Assembly: GCA_964247055.1 (NCBI GenBank)
Contig: OZ176051.1
Coordinates: forward strand, 9,114,001 to 9,178,000
Direction of reading: 5' to 3'
DNA from: Paragordius varius
Lineage: Eukaryota > Animalia > Nematomorpha
Length of the DNA stretch: 64,000 nt
The notes below the pieces were generated by a model. That model saw nothing but the letters and a program-made list of their open reading frames with translations. It searched no databases and was not told the DNA's origin. Position numbers and translations under genes: made by a program. The first letter of the stretch is position 1. Every line of letters begins with the position of its first letter. Positions 51,682 to 64,000 of the stretch are shown here, piece after piece.

Positions 51682-52590
51682 TTAATTGTATCAGTGTTCT
51701 CATGGGTTTGTTTCGCGTTTTAAAATTAATATAAAATTTATTTCCAATTTTCTAATAATTGCTTTATATTAGAAAAAAAGAAATAACGCACATTTCGATG
51801 AGTAAAATTTGGGTGAAAGATAAATGCTTTATTTTAAAATATCACTAGTATATACATAAAATATGAAACAAAATCTGAATATGCTTAGAGACGCAAAACG
51901 GCCATTACTAGATTAGCACAAAAAAGACATAATTTAATATAAATTTAAAAATTTTTTTACTACTCACTGTTGCCACTAAATTCTGAAATATATATTATGA
52001 TATGTATAGGTATGATTTTGGTTATTGCCTTAAGTAGTTATTGAGAAAGTTATTAACATTTATATGATAATCCATATCAGAATATGATAATTTTCCATAT
52101 TGTTTAAACTTTATTTATATAATTACTTTCCAAAAAATATTTCTATAACACTCCGTACAAAATAAGTATATAAAAAAATATTATGGATTCTTAGGAAAAG
52201 GTATCATTATTATGGTGATTTAAGAAAATTATTTACGTTTTTGTGGCAGATGCTCAATATCAAAAAATTGAAATTTGCACACATTATTTTCAACAATTTT
52301 TTTAGATATCTAAATGTTAAATTTTAAAAAATATCACTATATTTATAAACTAATTGTCAAAACCAAAATATCATCTTAAATTTTAATTTCTAAATAATGG
52401 ACTCCGAAAGTACCAAATTTTTTTATCTTCTAAAATGGCTGTTGTTAAAAAACGTAACAATGCCGAGCCATAAAGGCTTAATTTAAATATCATAATATTT
52501 TTAAATAATGCAAACTTTTTTAAAAATTTAATTTTTGGTAAATTGTAAGCCACATTTATACTATTTGATAAATGGTGGAAACAGCATTAA

Positions 52591-53109
52591 CACTGGGATA
52601 CAACACATTCGTTTTAGTCCGTCGATTCAAATTGGCGTAGTTAGATACCCCAGGCCTGTATAAAATGAAATTTTTAAAAAATATGGAAGATATCGAAACC
52701 ATGGCAAAATAGTTGATATTACTTATTTTGAACCAAAACCCAAAGGTAAAAAATTAGTCAACGTGACATGTGTGCAATGGTAAAATTTAAAAATAATACA
52801 AAATAAACCGCTTTATCTATTTCTATCTATGATAGATGCAATTTAAATTAAAAATTAGCTTTAATTTTACCCTTTAAATTAAATGAAGACGATATTATGT
52901 TAAGATTTTGTGAAATAAAATGGAGTCGAATTAGTTTAACATGGAGCTTTTTTTCAAAACAAAATTTATTTAGATATTTTGGCATATATAATTTTTATTA
53001 GGATAGAAGTATAAATTTAAATTAGGACCGTTTTCTTCAGTAGTTTTTTAAAAATCCCAACTCAAATTTAGTTTGGGGTATTTAGATATTCCAATTTAAA
53101 TCGATAAGC
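52591..53109 (+). mobile_element. piggyBac-type MITE, copy 5
   Basis: TTAA + CACTGGGATACAAC start; right end degenerate. Confidence 0.8.
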
Positions 53110-53151
53110 TTAAGGATATCATAATAAGACTTTTTTATGTAATTTGATTAA

Positions 53152-53705
53152 CACTTGGATACATCACATTAATTTTAGTCCCCCAATTCAAATTGGGGTA
53201 GTTAAATACCCCAGGCCTTAAAATTAAATTCAGAAATCGAAACCATGGCAAAATTTTGCACTCATATAACATTAATAAACTGAAATATATAAAAAATTTT
53301 ATTCGAAAATACTTGATACCCATTTTAAGCTAAAATCGAAAGGTAAAAATTTAGTCAATGTAATATGTGTGCAATGATAAAATTGAAAATCAATGCAAAA
53401 TAAACCGCTTTTTCTATTTCTATCAATATTAGATGTAATTTAAATTAAAAATTAGCTTTAATCTTTAAAATTAAATGAAGACGATATTTTACAAAACTTT
53501 GTAAAATAAAAATGGCGTCGAAGTAGTTTCACATGGAACTTTTTTTTCAAAACAAAATTTTATTTAGATATTTTGGAATATTTATATAATTTTTGTAAGA
53601 ATAGAAGCATAAATTAAAATTGTGCACGTTTCCTTCAGTAGTTTTTTTAAAATCCTAACTCAAATTTTGTCTGGATATTTAGATACCCCAATTTGAATTG
53701 AAGTG
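53152..53705 (+). mobile_element. piggyBac-type MITE, copy 6
   Basis: TTAA 53148-53151 and 53706-53709; both termini present. Confidence 0.85.
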
Positions 53706-54082
53706 TTAATAACTATGTTATCGCATTTTAAGGAAGGCTTTGTAATTGTTGTAAAAACACAAATTATATTTAACATGATATGAAGAATAATGAATTTTTT
53801 AATCAAAATTCTGAAGCGTTAAATGTTCAGCAGCATCGAATATAAAAAATCTTTTTATAAAATCCTCAAACGTTTCTATACGGTTTCCATCACCCATGAT
53901 AAGTATGAAGCGCGCTAACACAAAATTTTACTAAAAATTAAATTTTTGTTAAAATGCATTTTCTAAAAATATTTTTACTTAGCATTAAAATTTAGCATAT
54001 ATCCAAAATTTTTATCGCCAGTTTCGGCTTTTTTACGTTAATTTTAAGAGAAAATTTAGGACTTTCGGAGCCCATATCTTAA

Positions 54083-54614
54083 CACTTCGATTCAAATTGG
54101 GGTATCTGTATACCACAGACTAAAAATTGTTATTTTTAAAAAAATAGTGGAAACGGTCCCAATTTAAATTTATGCCTCCATCCTAAAAAAATGATATAAA
54201 TAAGCCAAAATATCTAAATAAAATTTTTATTTTGAAAAAAAGAGACTCATGTCAAACCACTTGGACGTTCATTGAATTTTAAAGGTAAAATTACAGCTAA
54301 TTTTTTATGTTAATTACATCCAACAATAGAAATAGAAAAAGTGGTTTATTTTGTATTATTTTTTAATTTAGTCAATGCACACATGTTACGTTGACTAAAT
54401 TTTTACATTTGGGTTTTGCATTAAAATAAATAATATCAAGTATTTTTGAATAATTTTTTATATATTTCGGTTTATTGATGTTATATAAGTGCAAAATTTT
54501 GCCATGGTTTCAATCTTCTATATTTTTCAAGGTATATAATTCTAAACAAGCCTGGGGTATCTAACCACCCCAATTTGAATTGAAGGACTGAAATGAATGT
54601 GTTGTATCCAAGTG
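54083..54614 (-). mobile_element. piggyBac-type MITE, copy 7, nested in a foldback arm
   Basis: TTAA 54079-54082 and 54615-54618. The flanks rejoin into a foldback right arm (~53790-54845). Confidence 0.85.
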
Positions 54615-55356
54615 TTAAATATATTTTTTTAAAATATTGTTTTGCTTTGTATGTGAAGTTTATGATATATTTTAGTCATATTTTTTAGGCTAGAAAACAT
54701 AGCTTACACCAAAAAAATTTTATTGAAAAGGAAAGTTTGTCATTTTCAGATACGGAGCACTAACCAAATGTGTTACCTTTTTTATATCAATTGTAAGGGC
54801 CTAAGTCAAAAGAATGTTATTGATACGTTGTCCTATCAGAATATATATTATTAGCAGGATATTCTTTTGCGTACACTGTGTATAGTTAATGAATATAGTG
54901 ATTTTTGGAACGAAACAGTTTCCTTCACCAAATTCATCAAAATGTCCGCAAATTTTCCCACTGTAACCACTATGCCTCCAATTACGATAAAACTCGTTTT
55001 ATCAAAATTTTGTTATATATTAATCTTGGAAAGTCATAATTTTAAATTTCATTAGGTAATCTCAGCATTTATGGTTAAATCCAATTTTAGGGCCACAAAT
55101 TTAGGATTTTCGGAGTCCGCATTTAAAAATTTTTTTTTGGAATAACCATTTAACTCACCAAAAAATTTTATGTGAAGATATGTGGGTAAATTTTGCCATT
55201 TTCTTATATGGAGTTACCACAAAAACAAAAAGATATTTATATTAATTTTAAGTCCAAAAACCAAATGCCGATGAGAATCCTGATATAATATTTTTTGTGT
55301 TGCACTGTATAACAGAGAAAATCGGGGGTCGTGAAAAAATATCTTGATAATATAAT

Positions 55357-56436
55357 TATATTCTGATAAATGTGGATTATCATGGTGCTTTTGGCCCTTA
55401 CAAGCGATATAAGTTATTTGCACTTTTGTGCTAAGTGATCCATATTAGAAAATAAAATTTGACCACATTTGTAATAAATTTTTGATGAAAGCTAAATGCT
55501 TCATTCCAAAAAATATCACTAAAATACAGTCTAAACTATTTATAAAAAAAACAATATTTTATAATATTTTAATTTTTAGATGTGGATTCCGAAAGGCCCA
55601 AATTTTTTTGCTCTTGTAAAATGAGTCAGTTCTTTTGAAATTAACGCAAAAATGCCAGTTCGCGAAATAATTTTTAAATATAAGCTAAATTTTGACATCA
55701 AAAAAATATTTTTTTCAAAAATGCATAATTTAGAAAAATATTTTGTAGCGACTTCCTAGTGATGGAAACGGTATAAAAAAACGCTTTTAGATAAAAAACA
55801 GTTTTATATATAATTTTATAGTGCTTAACATTTTTATCGCTTCAAAATTTTTATTTAAAGGTTCGTTTAATTCCAATTTTCATGAATTTTTGTACAAAAA
55901 CACAATTAGACATTTTGAATACAAACTAGTATTTTAATCAAAATTATGAGTAGATACAAATGTTCAGCATCATCATGTATAAAAAAGTGTTTTTATAATA
56001 TTTAAAAGCGTTTTTATATCGTTTTCATCATAAAAAATGAAGATCGCTTCAACAAAATTTTGCTAAAAATTAAATTTTTGTAAATGTATGCATTTTTTTA
56101 AAAATAATTTTTTGATGTCAAAATTTAGCATATATTTAAAAAATTTTGATTGCGTTTTTTTAAAGGTATCCAGTTTTAAAAGACCGAATTTCGGAGCCCA
56201 CATCTAAAAATTATAATTTTAAAATGATTTACTTTTTAGTATATGATATATTTTGGTGATATTTTTTGGAATGAAGCATTTAGCTTTGTGCAAAAATTAC
56301 AAAAAATGTGCTTAAATTTGGCCATTTTCTGATATGGAGTTTTCTATAAAAGTGTAAATAACTTTTTTATATCACTGGTAAGTCTTAAAACCAAGAGCAA
56401 CATGAGACTCCTGATACATTTTTCTATCGGAATATA
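55357..56436. mobile_element. Complete long-armed foldback element (1080 bp)
   Basis: Termini TATATTCTGATA / TATCGGAATATA. The ~450-bp imperfect inverted arms include a perfect 32-bp match (55488-55519 vs 56256-56287). No coding capacity. Confidence 0.85.
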
Positions 56437-57022
56437 TATATATATCTATATATATATATATATAGATATATAAATCACGATATTTTTGTGTACACAGCGT
56501 ATTGAATGCGATCGACCAATTGTTTGGGTTAGAACTTTATCACATTTTTTCTATATATGAACCCTTTAAGTTTTCCCTTGAGCCAATAACACATTTAGTT
56601 ATCCCATTCACTCCCCAAATCCAAAAAACCATTTTATTCCAATTAATATAACCTTGCTTTGGGTAGATTGTTTAAACCTTATTACAAATCGGATCAATTG
56701 ATAAATAATCTCATGATCCAACGCATTTAAACGTTTCTTTAGTTAGTATGATAGTAAAAACTAATGATCATTAAAGGTCTACAAAAGAAAAATTTAGTCT
56801 TTTTACTTCGATTGAGTACGTAAGGTATGATATAATTAATTACGCTATCATAATAAAATAATTATTAAAGATTAGATTGGATATAATTTTAGATACCAAT
56901 AATTGGGCATTTTGTCATATTTATTAGAAAAAAATTAATAATTAATCTGTAGATTGTAAACACATCATGTCTCTAAATTAAAAATTTTAAATCAGATAAA
57001 ATATATAGTACTTATGAATGGG

Positions 57023-60000
57023 TTACTTTATATAATTATTATTAAGATTATATAAAGAATATATTTTATCAATTAAATCGTGTAATTTTGTCGTAACAAT
57101 CGAGGTATACCAAGATGGTGTTGCTATTTGTCTCATAAACTGGTCCTAATAAAAATACAAGATACATTTTAATGGGTTATATATATATAAATAATTATGA
57201 TTAAAAAAAATTTTTACATGTGTGATATATACCTGTTGTTCTAATAAACTGAGCAATATTTGAATGAAATTTTTGGTGGACTGATTTTCAGATTCAGTCT
57301 TAAATTGACTATTATCATAATTCAGACAAATGGGGATAATGTTAGGAACTATCTTTACGTAAGATTCAATAAAGGCGTTATAAACATAATTGTTATGGAA
57401 ATTTATGTGCGTTTTATTGATTATATTTTGAGTTTGATATAGCAGTTGTAGCAAATCACCGCACCATCCATTATTAATAAAGGATTGATTTAAATTGAGT
57501 CTAAGTTAGAATAAATTTGCTATGAATAAAAGAAATAATACAAATATTATATAAGCAAAAAGCCATCAGCTTTTATTATTACAATGTATTGTTTTGATAA
57601 TTATCAAATACCCAATATTTATCAAGTTAAATAAATTATTCGGCATTAACACCCATCCCATTATGATATTAAAATTCGTTAAAAACCTATGTATACAAAA
57701 ATTAAAAGCCCTTATTTTTACTATTTTGACTGTAAAACTACGACTTATTTAAAAATCAAATAGATCATTAACATGATTAACGGCTCTGTGGCCTACTTTA
57801 TGTATGGCAATTAAAATAAATTGTTTTGTTAAAATATTGAAAATTAAATTGTATCTGGATGAATTATAATATATGCACAAAGAATATAATTTATTTTAGA
57901 TTATGTTTCAAGAAGATATACGGCATATATGACATATTTTTAAAAAAGAAAAATATGTTGTAAGAATCGCGATGCGTAAAACCGAACGTATATTTAACAC
58001 TAAATAACAACCATATTTCGCGTCGGCAACTCTATGAAAAATAGGCATTAAAGCTTTTACCCTTAGTGTAATGAAAAATAATTACTCATGGTACAACTCC
58101 ATATTGACGTCAGGTAGATCTTGCGGATAAATCCAATAATTGATCTATAAAATTAAGGTAATGATTTTAGAATCTTTAAAGGGTAACTAGAAACAAATAA
58201 AAGAGATATAGATAGCAATATATACGTCATATACATCAAAATATGCCTTATTTATAAAAGTAATTAAGATTTTTACCAAATAACAATGATTAAACACAAT
58301 AAAAAGAAGATGTCTAGATGTAAAATAAAAATTAGATAGGGCAAATGAGTTTTTTAAAAACCATAAAACAGCTGATATCATGGCACTTATAACTTGGGAC
58401 TAAATGTCTTATCTCATGTAAAATTAATTATTATGGCATCAAACTCTACTTATTACTAAAATGACCGTTCCTGGCTGCTAAACTCTAATTATGGGATTAA
58501 ATAAATGTCGTATTGTTCATTCCAAAATAAATAATAACATTTCTCCTCGATAAAATATGTAACATTATTTAATGACACAACGATTGAATTAGTTCTAATT
58601 GTTTGAAATGTATTTAACTTAAAAATATTAGTAGATTCCGTGACTCATATCAACAGACATAAAATTAACCTTAATCAAAAAACGTTATGTCTTTTTAAAT
58701 AGATGGTGATATACCATTTGCCAGAAGACCCAAAAATGAGAATTTTTTTGAAATAAAATCATTTTAATAACAAACAATATCAATATTTTGTTATGCATAA
58801 TATGAACGACTTACATTTTCATTCATCATATCATACCAAAATCCTATGATTTTCGTGTACAGTAATAGTAAGAGGCGTATATGGTTGTACGTTCGAGTTT
58901 GAGATGCGTTAGTTGGAATCATAATTTCTTCTTTACTTTTTGTTAATAACGGACTTATATCATTTATTACGCGTTGCGTAAAAATGTGTAAAAGTTGAGA
59001 CCCATCAAAATGTCCCCCATTAAAAAATGTGATTTGACCAATGGGAAAATTCCTTAATTGCGTTGAAAGAGCGAATAGCAGGGATTTCGAAAGTGAGAGA
59101 AAAGAAGTGAGATCATCATTTGTCAACTCATAAAACTTGTCTTGATCATTAGGTAATAAACGCTCAAATATATTGCGGAATGATTGACTAGAGCCTATAT
59201 AGGATAAAATGGATATCGTTTGATTCAGGATACCGGTATTGTAGGACATGTTTTGTACTTTTGGATTACTAATATTATATATATGTATGTTGTGTAAACA
59301 TGTTTGATATAAATTTATTTATATTTATTTGTGTGTGTAATACTTTTGTACAGCTGTTCCAACCAAATCAAAACCCTTTTTCAAAATGACCATATTGACT
59401 GAAGAATTAAATTGATTCAATTCCTCATTATAAATGTTTTCATTGTTCTCCAAAAACGTGAAATAAATATCGTTTAGTATCCATGTTAATGCACCTGAAT
59501 CTGCGAAGATTTGTGCGTTATCAACCTAACAAACGTATGCAAAACATTATTCTGACATTATTTTTGAAAATTAGCAAAAAGATTAAAAAACAGAACTAAT
59601 ATAATAAAAGCAGGCATACGTCCCAAAATATTCATAGAGAGAACATAAAAATAGAAAAAAGCGAATTTAAAATTTCCGACTAAAATTCAAACCTTGATAA
59701 ACTCTATCAAATTGAACCCTTAAATACAAAGAATAACCAATCACTTAGGTGTTGAAAACATTTAGCTAACTAACAAATGTTAACCATTTCCGGGATGCAT
59801 ATGAGCCAATTTAAATTCCCAATCGGAAAATTATCAAACATTATATGCTTGCACCGACTGGTTACGCCATATTTATTCTCAATAACCTGCCTTGTGTGAA
59901 AATAGGGAATAAAAAAAAGCTTTAATTCGTGTATTTAGAACAACTTTGCAAAAAGCGTGCAAGTTCATCCAAATTTACAAACCGAATATATTAGCCTGTC

Positions 60001-60265
60001 ATTACGCCATAAGACAACCTTTTTTCTAAAAAAATAAGCAACCAAAAATATATAATTGCACTAATTGCCAAAGTTATAATACTATAATTTACAAAGTGGT
60101 TTTAATCGCTAGTAAAGGCAAAAATTTAGGAAACATTAAAAAGCAATTACAATAGGATGTGGATATTTTTGGAAATAAATAGACACTGACACGTTGCATG
60201 AATATTTCGAAATATTAAAATCATTTTAGAACGTTTTATCATAATATAGTATTACTTTATTATAG

Positions 60266-60305
<40 letters not shown>

Positions 60306-61360
60306 AATTCTTGTATAAATGTTTATTTTTCATATAAGAATAAATTGTATACAAAACAAAATATAATTAATAATACTTGATCAACTATATCTTTAAGATT
60401 ATCTAAAATTTGAGCTTTTCCCTCTATTAAACTGAAGACTTTATGACGATTCTTTGAGGGTTGTGAGTAGTGATTTTGGTTAATAACTTCATTAATGGAT
60501 AATTCCTCATGGGAAACATTGCTTAACATGTGTGTTAAATTTTTATATTTATCAAGTAAGTTAATAATAATTTCAGCATCATTGGTTATATATTTTTGAA
60601 GGGTTTTCATTAGATGTTTGGCGTATGCCAAATTTTGTTCATGTGCTTCTTTGCGCTATATAATATGGTTAAATAATTATTTTGATATTAGATTTAAAGG
60701 GTTTGGAACTTTGCTTTATAAAAGGCTCTAAAGATTGTAAGCGGTGTTATAATAGTATATTGGTTTTTATAAATTTATGTTAAATGTAGAGTCACGCAAT
60801 ACTACCAGCAGCCATAAGTGATAGGAAATCATTTATATAATAATTTTTTTAAAAAATGCCAAAAAGATGTATAAAATTAATATTTAATTCAACAAAACTC
60901 ATAATTCAAACAGGTAAAATGTAGTAGTTATTAGTAATAATCCCCATTTTGCTAAAAAGGTTCAGTCAAAATATAACATATTTAATTATAATCAAAGGAT
61001 AATTTGAAAAACAAAAAAAAATTATTAAATTAATAGTAATAAGAATAAAATTAATATACGAAAGTTGATGTAGTGTTTTCATTGCTAATAAGTAAAAGAT
61101 TGGAATTCGTTGAAGTTCTTAAGGGTTTAATATACTAAAATAAAAAAACATAGATACAGTTTGAGAGGTATTAAAATCAATTTTATAATGATATCCTGAA
61201 GGAACAGAAGCGTTTTTAGGAATAAGTTCCCAATCATCTCCCATGGGTCTAAAAACCTACCGTATTAATTAATATAAACCTCCTGGCATTTGATGTTCAG
61301 CAATATACAAAAAATCAGGAGAATACTGATGCACATCATAATCCTAACAAAAATAAACAT
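57023..61360 (-). CDS. SIL1: Nucleotide exchange factor SIL1-like (ER BiP co-chaperone), ~514 aa, 8 exons
   Basis: Exons 61280-61360 (signal peptide), 61158-61256 (VFRPMGDDWELIPKNASVPSGYHYKIDF ~ [27 protein letters not shown]), 60377-60655, 59344-59525 (DQ|VDNAQIFADSGAL ~ HQMDNAQDLLSFGGL), 58815-59268 (QNNPKVQ; LLFALSTQLRNFP ~ VLFALCSLLRHFP), 58086-58144, 57233-57500 (NGWC), 57023-57145. All junctions are GT-AG and phase-compatible. The first intron (23 nt) and the last exon are uncertain. Confidence 0.85.
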
Positions 61361-61720
61361 ATGGAAATGACTGGAATTAGCTTTTGCAATGCATAAATAT
61401 AGCATAAGATTATGTAAGAAATAATTATTAAATTTAAATTAAAGGTTACATAATTGAAACACAATTTTCACTCATATTTATAAAAATAATATCCAGTTCA
61501 TGTAAAATATATCATGATGTAATATATATAAATATTTATACAAGAAAATTTTATCAGCATTTTCTGCATGCTATTAATTTTGGAATATGATTTTTGAAAA
61601 AAATTATCATTTTTGAGATAAATATTCGGTACCCAAATGTTCTTAGTATGCACTTGAATACACATTCGTTTTTAGTCCGCTAATTCAATTGAGGTTTTTA
61701 GTCCCCGCAGGCTGGTTTAA

Positions 61721-62238
61721 CACTGGGATACAACACACTCATTTAAGTCCTTCGATTCAAATTGGGGTAGTTGGATACCCCAGACCTTTTTAAAATTAAA
61801 TACTTAAAAAGGTATGGAAAGAATCGAAACCATGGCAAAACTTAGCACTTATATAACATCAATAAACCGAAATATAAAAATTATTCAAAAATACTAGATA
61901 TTACTTATTTCAAGATAAAACCGAAAGGTAAAAATTTCGTCTACGTGAGATGTGTGAAATGGTAAAATAAAAAAATAATACAAAATAAACCGCTTTTTCT
62001 ATCAATGTTAGATATAATTTAAATAAAATATTAGCTTTTTTTACCCTTAAATAAATGAAGACGATATTTTGCAAAAAATTTGTAAAATAAAAATGGCGTC
62101 GAAGTAGTTTGACATGAATTTTTTTTTTCAAAACAAAATTTTATTAAAATATTTTGGCATATTTAATTTTTATTAGGGTAGAATAAAAATATTAATCTAA
62201 ATAGTCTGGGGTATTTAGATACCCCAAATATCGAAGTG
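61721..62238 (+). mobile_element. piggyBac-type MITE, copy 8, inserted into an older copy of itself
   Basis: TTAA 61717-61720 and 62239-62242. An older copy starts at 61651 and resumes in degenerate form after 62242. Confidence 0.85.
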
Positions 62239-63715
62239 TTAAATATTAATAATTTTAATATGGAATTTATTTAAACTATGCAAAAGTTTACATTTATTTA
62301 ACACTTCATTTCCTTTTTTGTTCTAGTTTACATATTCGGGTAGCTCTGCGTTAATTTTGTAAAAATACTACAGTTTTAAAAGTTATAGCAAAATTTAATT
62401 AACAAACATAGATCTCATTAAGATAAAAAAGCTCATAATTATTGAGTTTTGTGACTTATAGACTCTAAAATTAGAAGGGCTCCAAAACATTAACACAAAC
62501 CTTTGATATAAAATTCACTACATCAAGTTTTTGCAAATGTTTACCATAAACTTCTAAAGGTAATTATTTACAATGTTTGCATAATATACATTGATTTGCC
62601 TGTTGAATTAGCGCCTAAAAAATATATAAAAATAGCGGTAAAAAGAAGGAGATCAGGATTTTATACAATTTTACATTTTAATTTTAAAAATTTGTATAAT
62701 GCCATTAAAAAGTTAAAGAATTTTCTTATATTCGACTTAACATTTTAAATACTTTTCAGTATCCAAGGTAATTGAGTGTTAAAAGATGTGCCGAATCTAC
62801 GAAATGATTTATATAGATATAATTAGCTAAATAGGACTTGGGTGTAGTAGCCATATCTAAATATAAATAAAAGAGGCGTGAGCTTTGAGCAGGGCTCGTG
62901 AAAAACGGATAATCCCATTCGGGTTTTAAATTACAAATTATTTAATCATTTATTAATACGTTGATGAATAAACGCTTTTTATATGGCCCTTAGTTTTACC
63001 CCGTGTAAAATTGAGTTTTTTTGAATAATTGGAAGCCCCTATTTTAAATTTAAACGAAATTTCCGGAACGTGTACTTTCTGGTTCAATAGTGTGTGTCAT
63101 TATGTTAAATGCGCCGAGAGTGACTGATCCCTTTTTTTAAATTAATCCCTCAATTTATACACACACACTTATTAAAATTATTTTGGAGGATCTGTTAGCT
63201 TTGGCACAATCCGAAAAACGTGTAGGCAGAAGTTTCCAAAAGCGTGTTTAAATTGTTTCAAAGTAGCCAAAGACCTTTTTTAAATTATTTCAACAATTTA
63301 GCCACACACTTACGAAAAATGGGGTTTTTGGAGGAATTGTTGGCTTTGGCACACAATACCGAAAAACATGTGGGCACAGTCAGTTTCCATAATTTTTTAA
63401 ATTTTTTCACAATTGCTCTGAGGTTGACCAAATTTTTTAGAATAGCCCATCAGTTTGGCCTCACTTAGTGTGAAAATAGAAGTTTTAAAATAATAATGAA
63501 GTTGTTGAGTGAATTTTTTGCAAGCAAGTACGAAAAAAGATTATTTATGTTTAAATATTTAAATAGCCCTATCTCGTTTATTTAGTTAGAATTTAAAACT
63601 TAAGAGACTCTTAAAAATAAATATATTTTATTTTTTAATTATAATTAATGTTATGTATTATGCTTTCAAAGTTCTAAAAATTCCAAATCCACCTAGGTAT
63701 TCTATTAAGTTTAAT

Positions 63716-63850
63716 TTAATACTTAACAAGACATTCATACTTTCTATTCAAATTGGAGTATTTATATACCCCAGGCCTATATAAAATTAAATATTTCAAA
63801 AAATATGAAATGAATCAAAACCATGGCAAAAGTTTGCACTTACAATTAAA
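63716..63850 (+). mobile_element. piggyBac-type MITE fragment
   Basis: attcaaattggagtatttatataccccaggcc...aaccatggcaaaagtttgcactta matches the family left end. Confidence 0.65.
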
Positions 63851-64000
63851 AAGCCGAAATATACAAAAATTCAATAGGTCGTCAAATAAATTTTTTTCGG
63901 CAAAGAAATTCGCTGGTAATAAGCTATCTCATGAAAAAAAATTTGCATTCAGTGTAATTTCTGCAAGTATCCCTTTTTAGCGTTTAAATATAGCCATATT

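Noticed and set aside
50844-53323. Short ORFs (e.g. 50459-50686, 50844-51029, 53135-53323, also 5502-5786, 61910-62131)
   Set aside because: They fall within non-coding MITE copies and are not conserved in frame between copies.

Overview
Very AT-rich (roughly three-quarters A+T by eye) eukaryotic, most likely invertebrate-animal, genomic DNA with GT-AG introns and a heavy transposon load. There are no prokaryotic features and no rRNA, tRNA or CRISPR. Three conserved host genes are recognisable, plus one unidentified short ORF. (1) A CDK5 activator (p35/p39 family) enlarged to ~1037 aa, 2 exons, 39171-42375 (+). (2) An intronless methionyl-tRNA formyltransferase, 48823-50292 (-), preceded only 5 nt upstream by an 86-aa ORF. 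(3) An 8-exon SIL1-like ER nucleotide-exchange factor, 57023-61360 (-), whose simplest model needs a 23-nt intron. The main discovery is invisible to the ORF track: a ~27-kb micro-exon gene (7367-34472, +). It has a signal-peptide first exon, 24 candidate internal exons of 6-93 nt that are all phase-1 symmetric, and a final transmembrane exon. These assemble without stops into a ~330-aa Cys-rich, N-glycosylatable type-I membrane protein with no family I recognise, an architecture like schistosome MEG genes. Its promoter and exon-1 start are tandemly triplicated (1-7405). Mobile elements: a decayed Ty3/gypsy LTR element (9167-13348; TAAAT TSD; tRNA-His PBS) nested in a long-armed foldback element; a mariner remnant; a PIF/Harbinger element (34724-36579); at least 9 copies of a TTAA-specific piggyBac-type MITE; several hAT MITEs; and microsatellites. 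All exon models were derived by eye and need RNA evidence.
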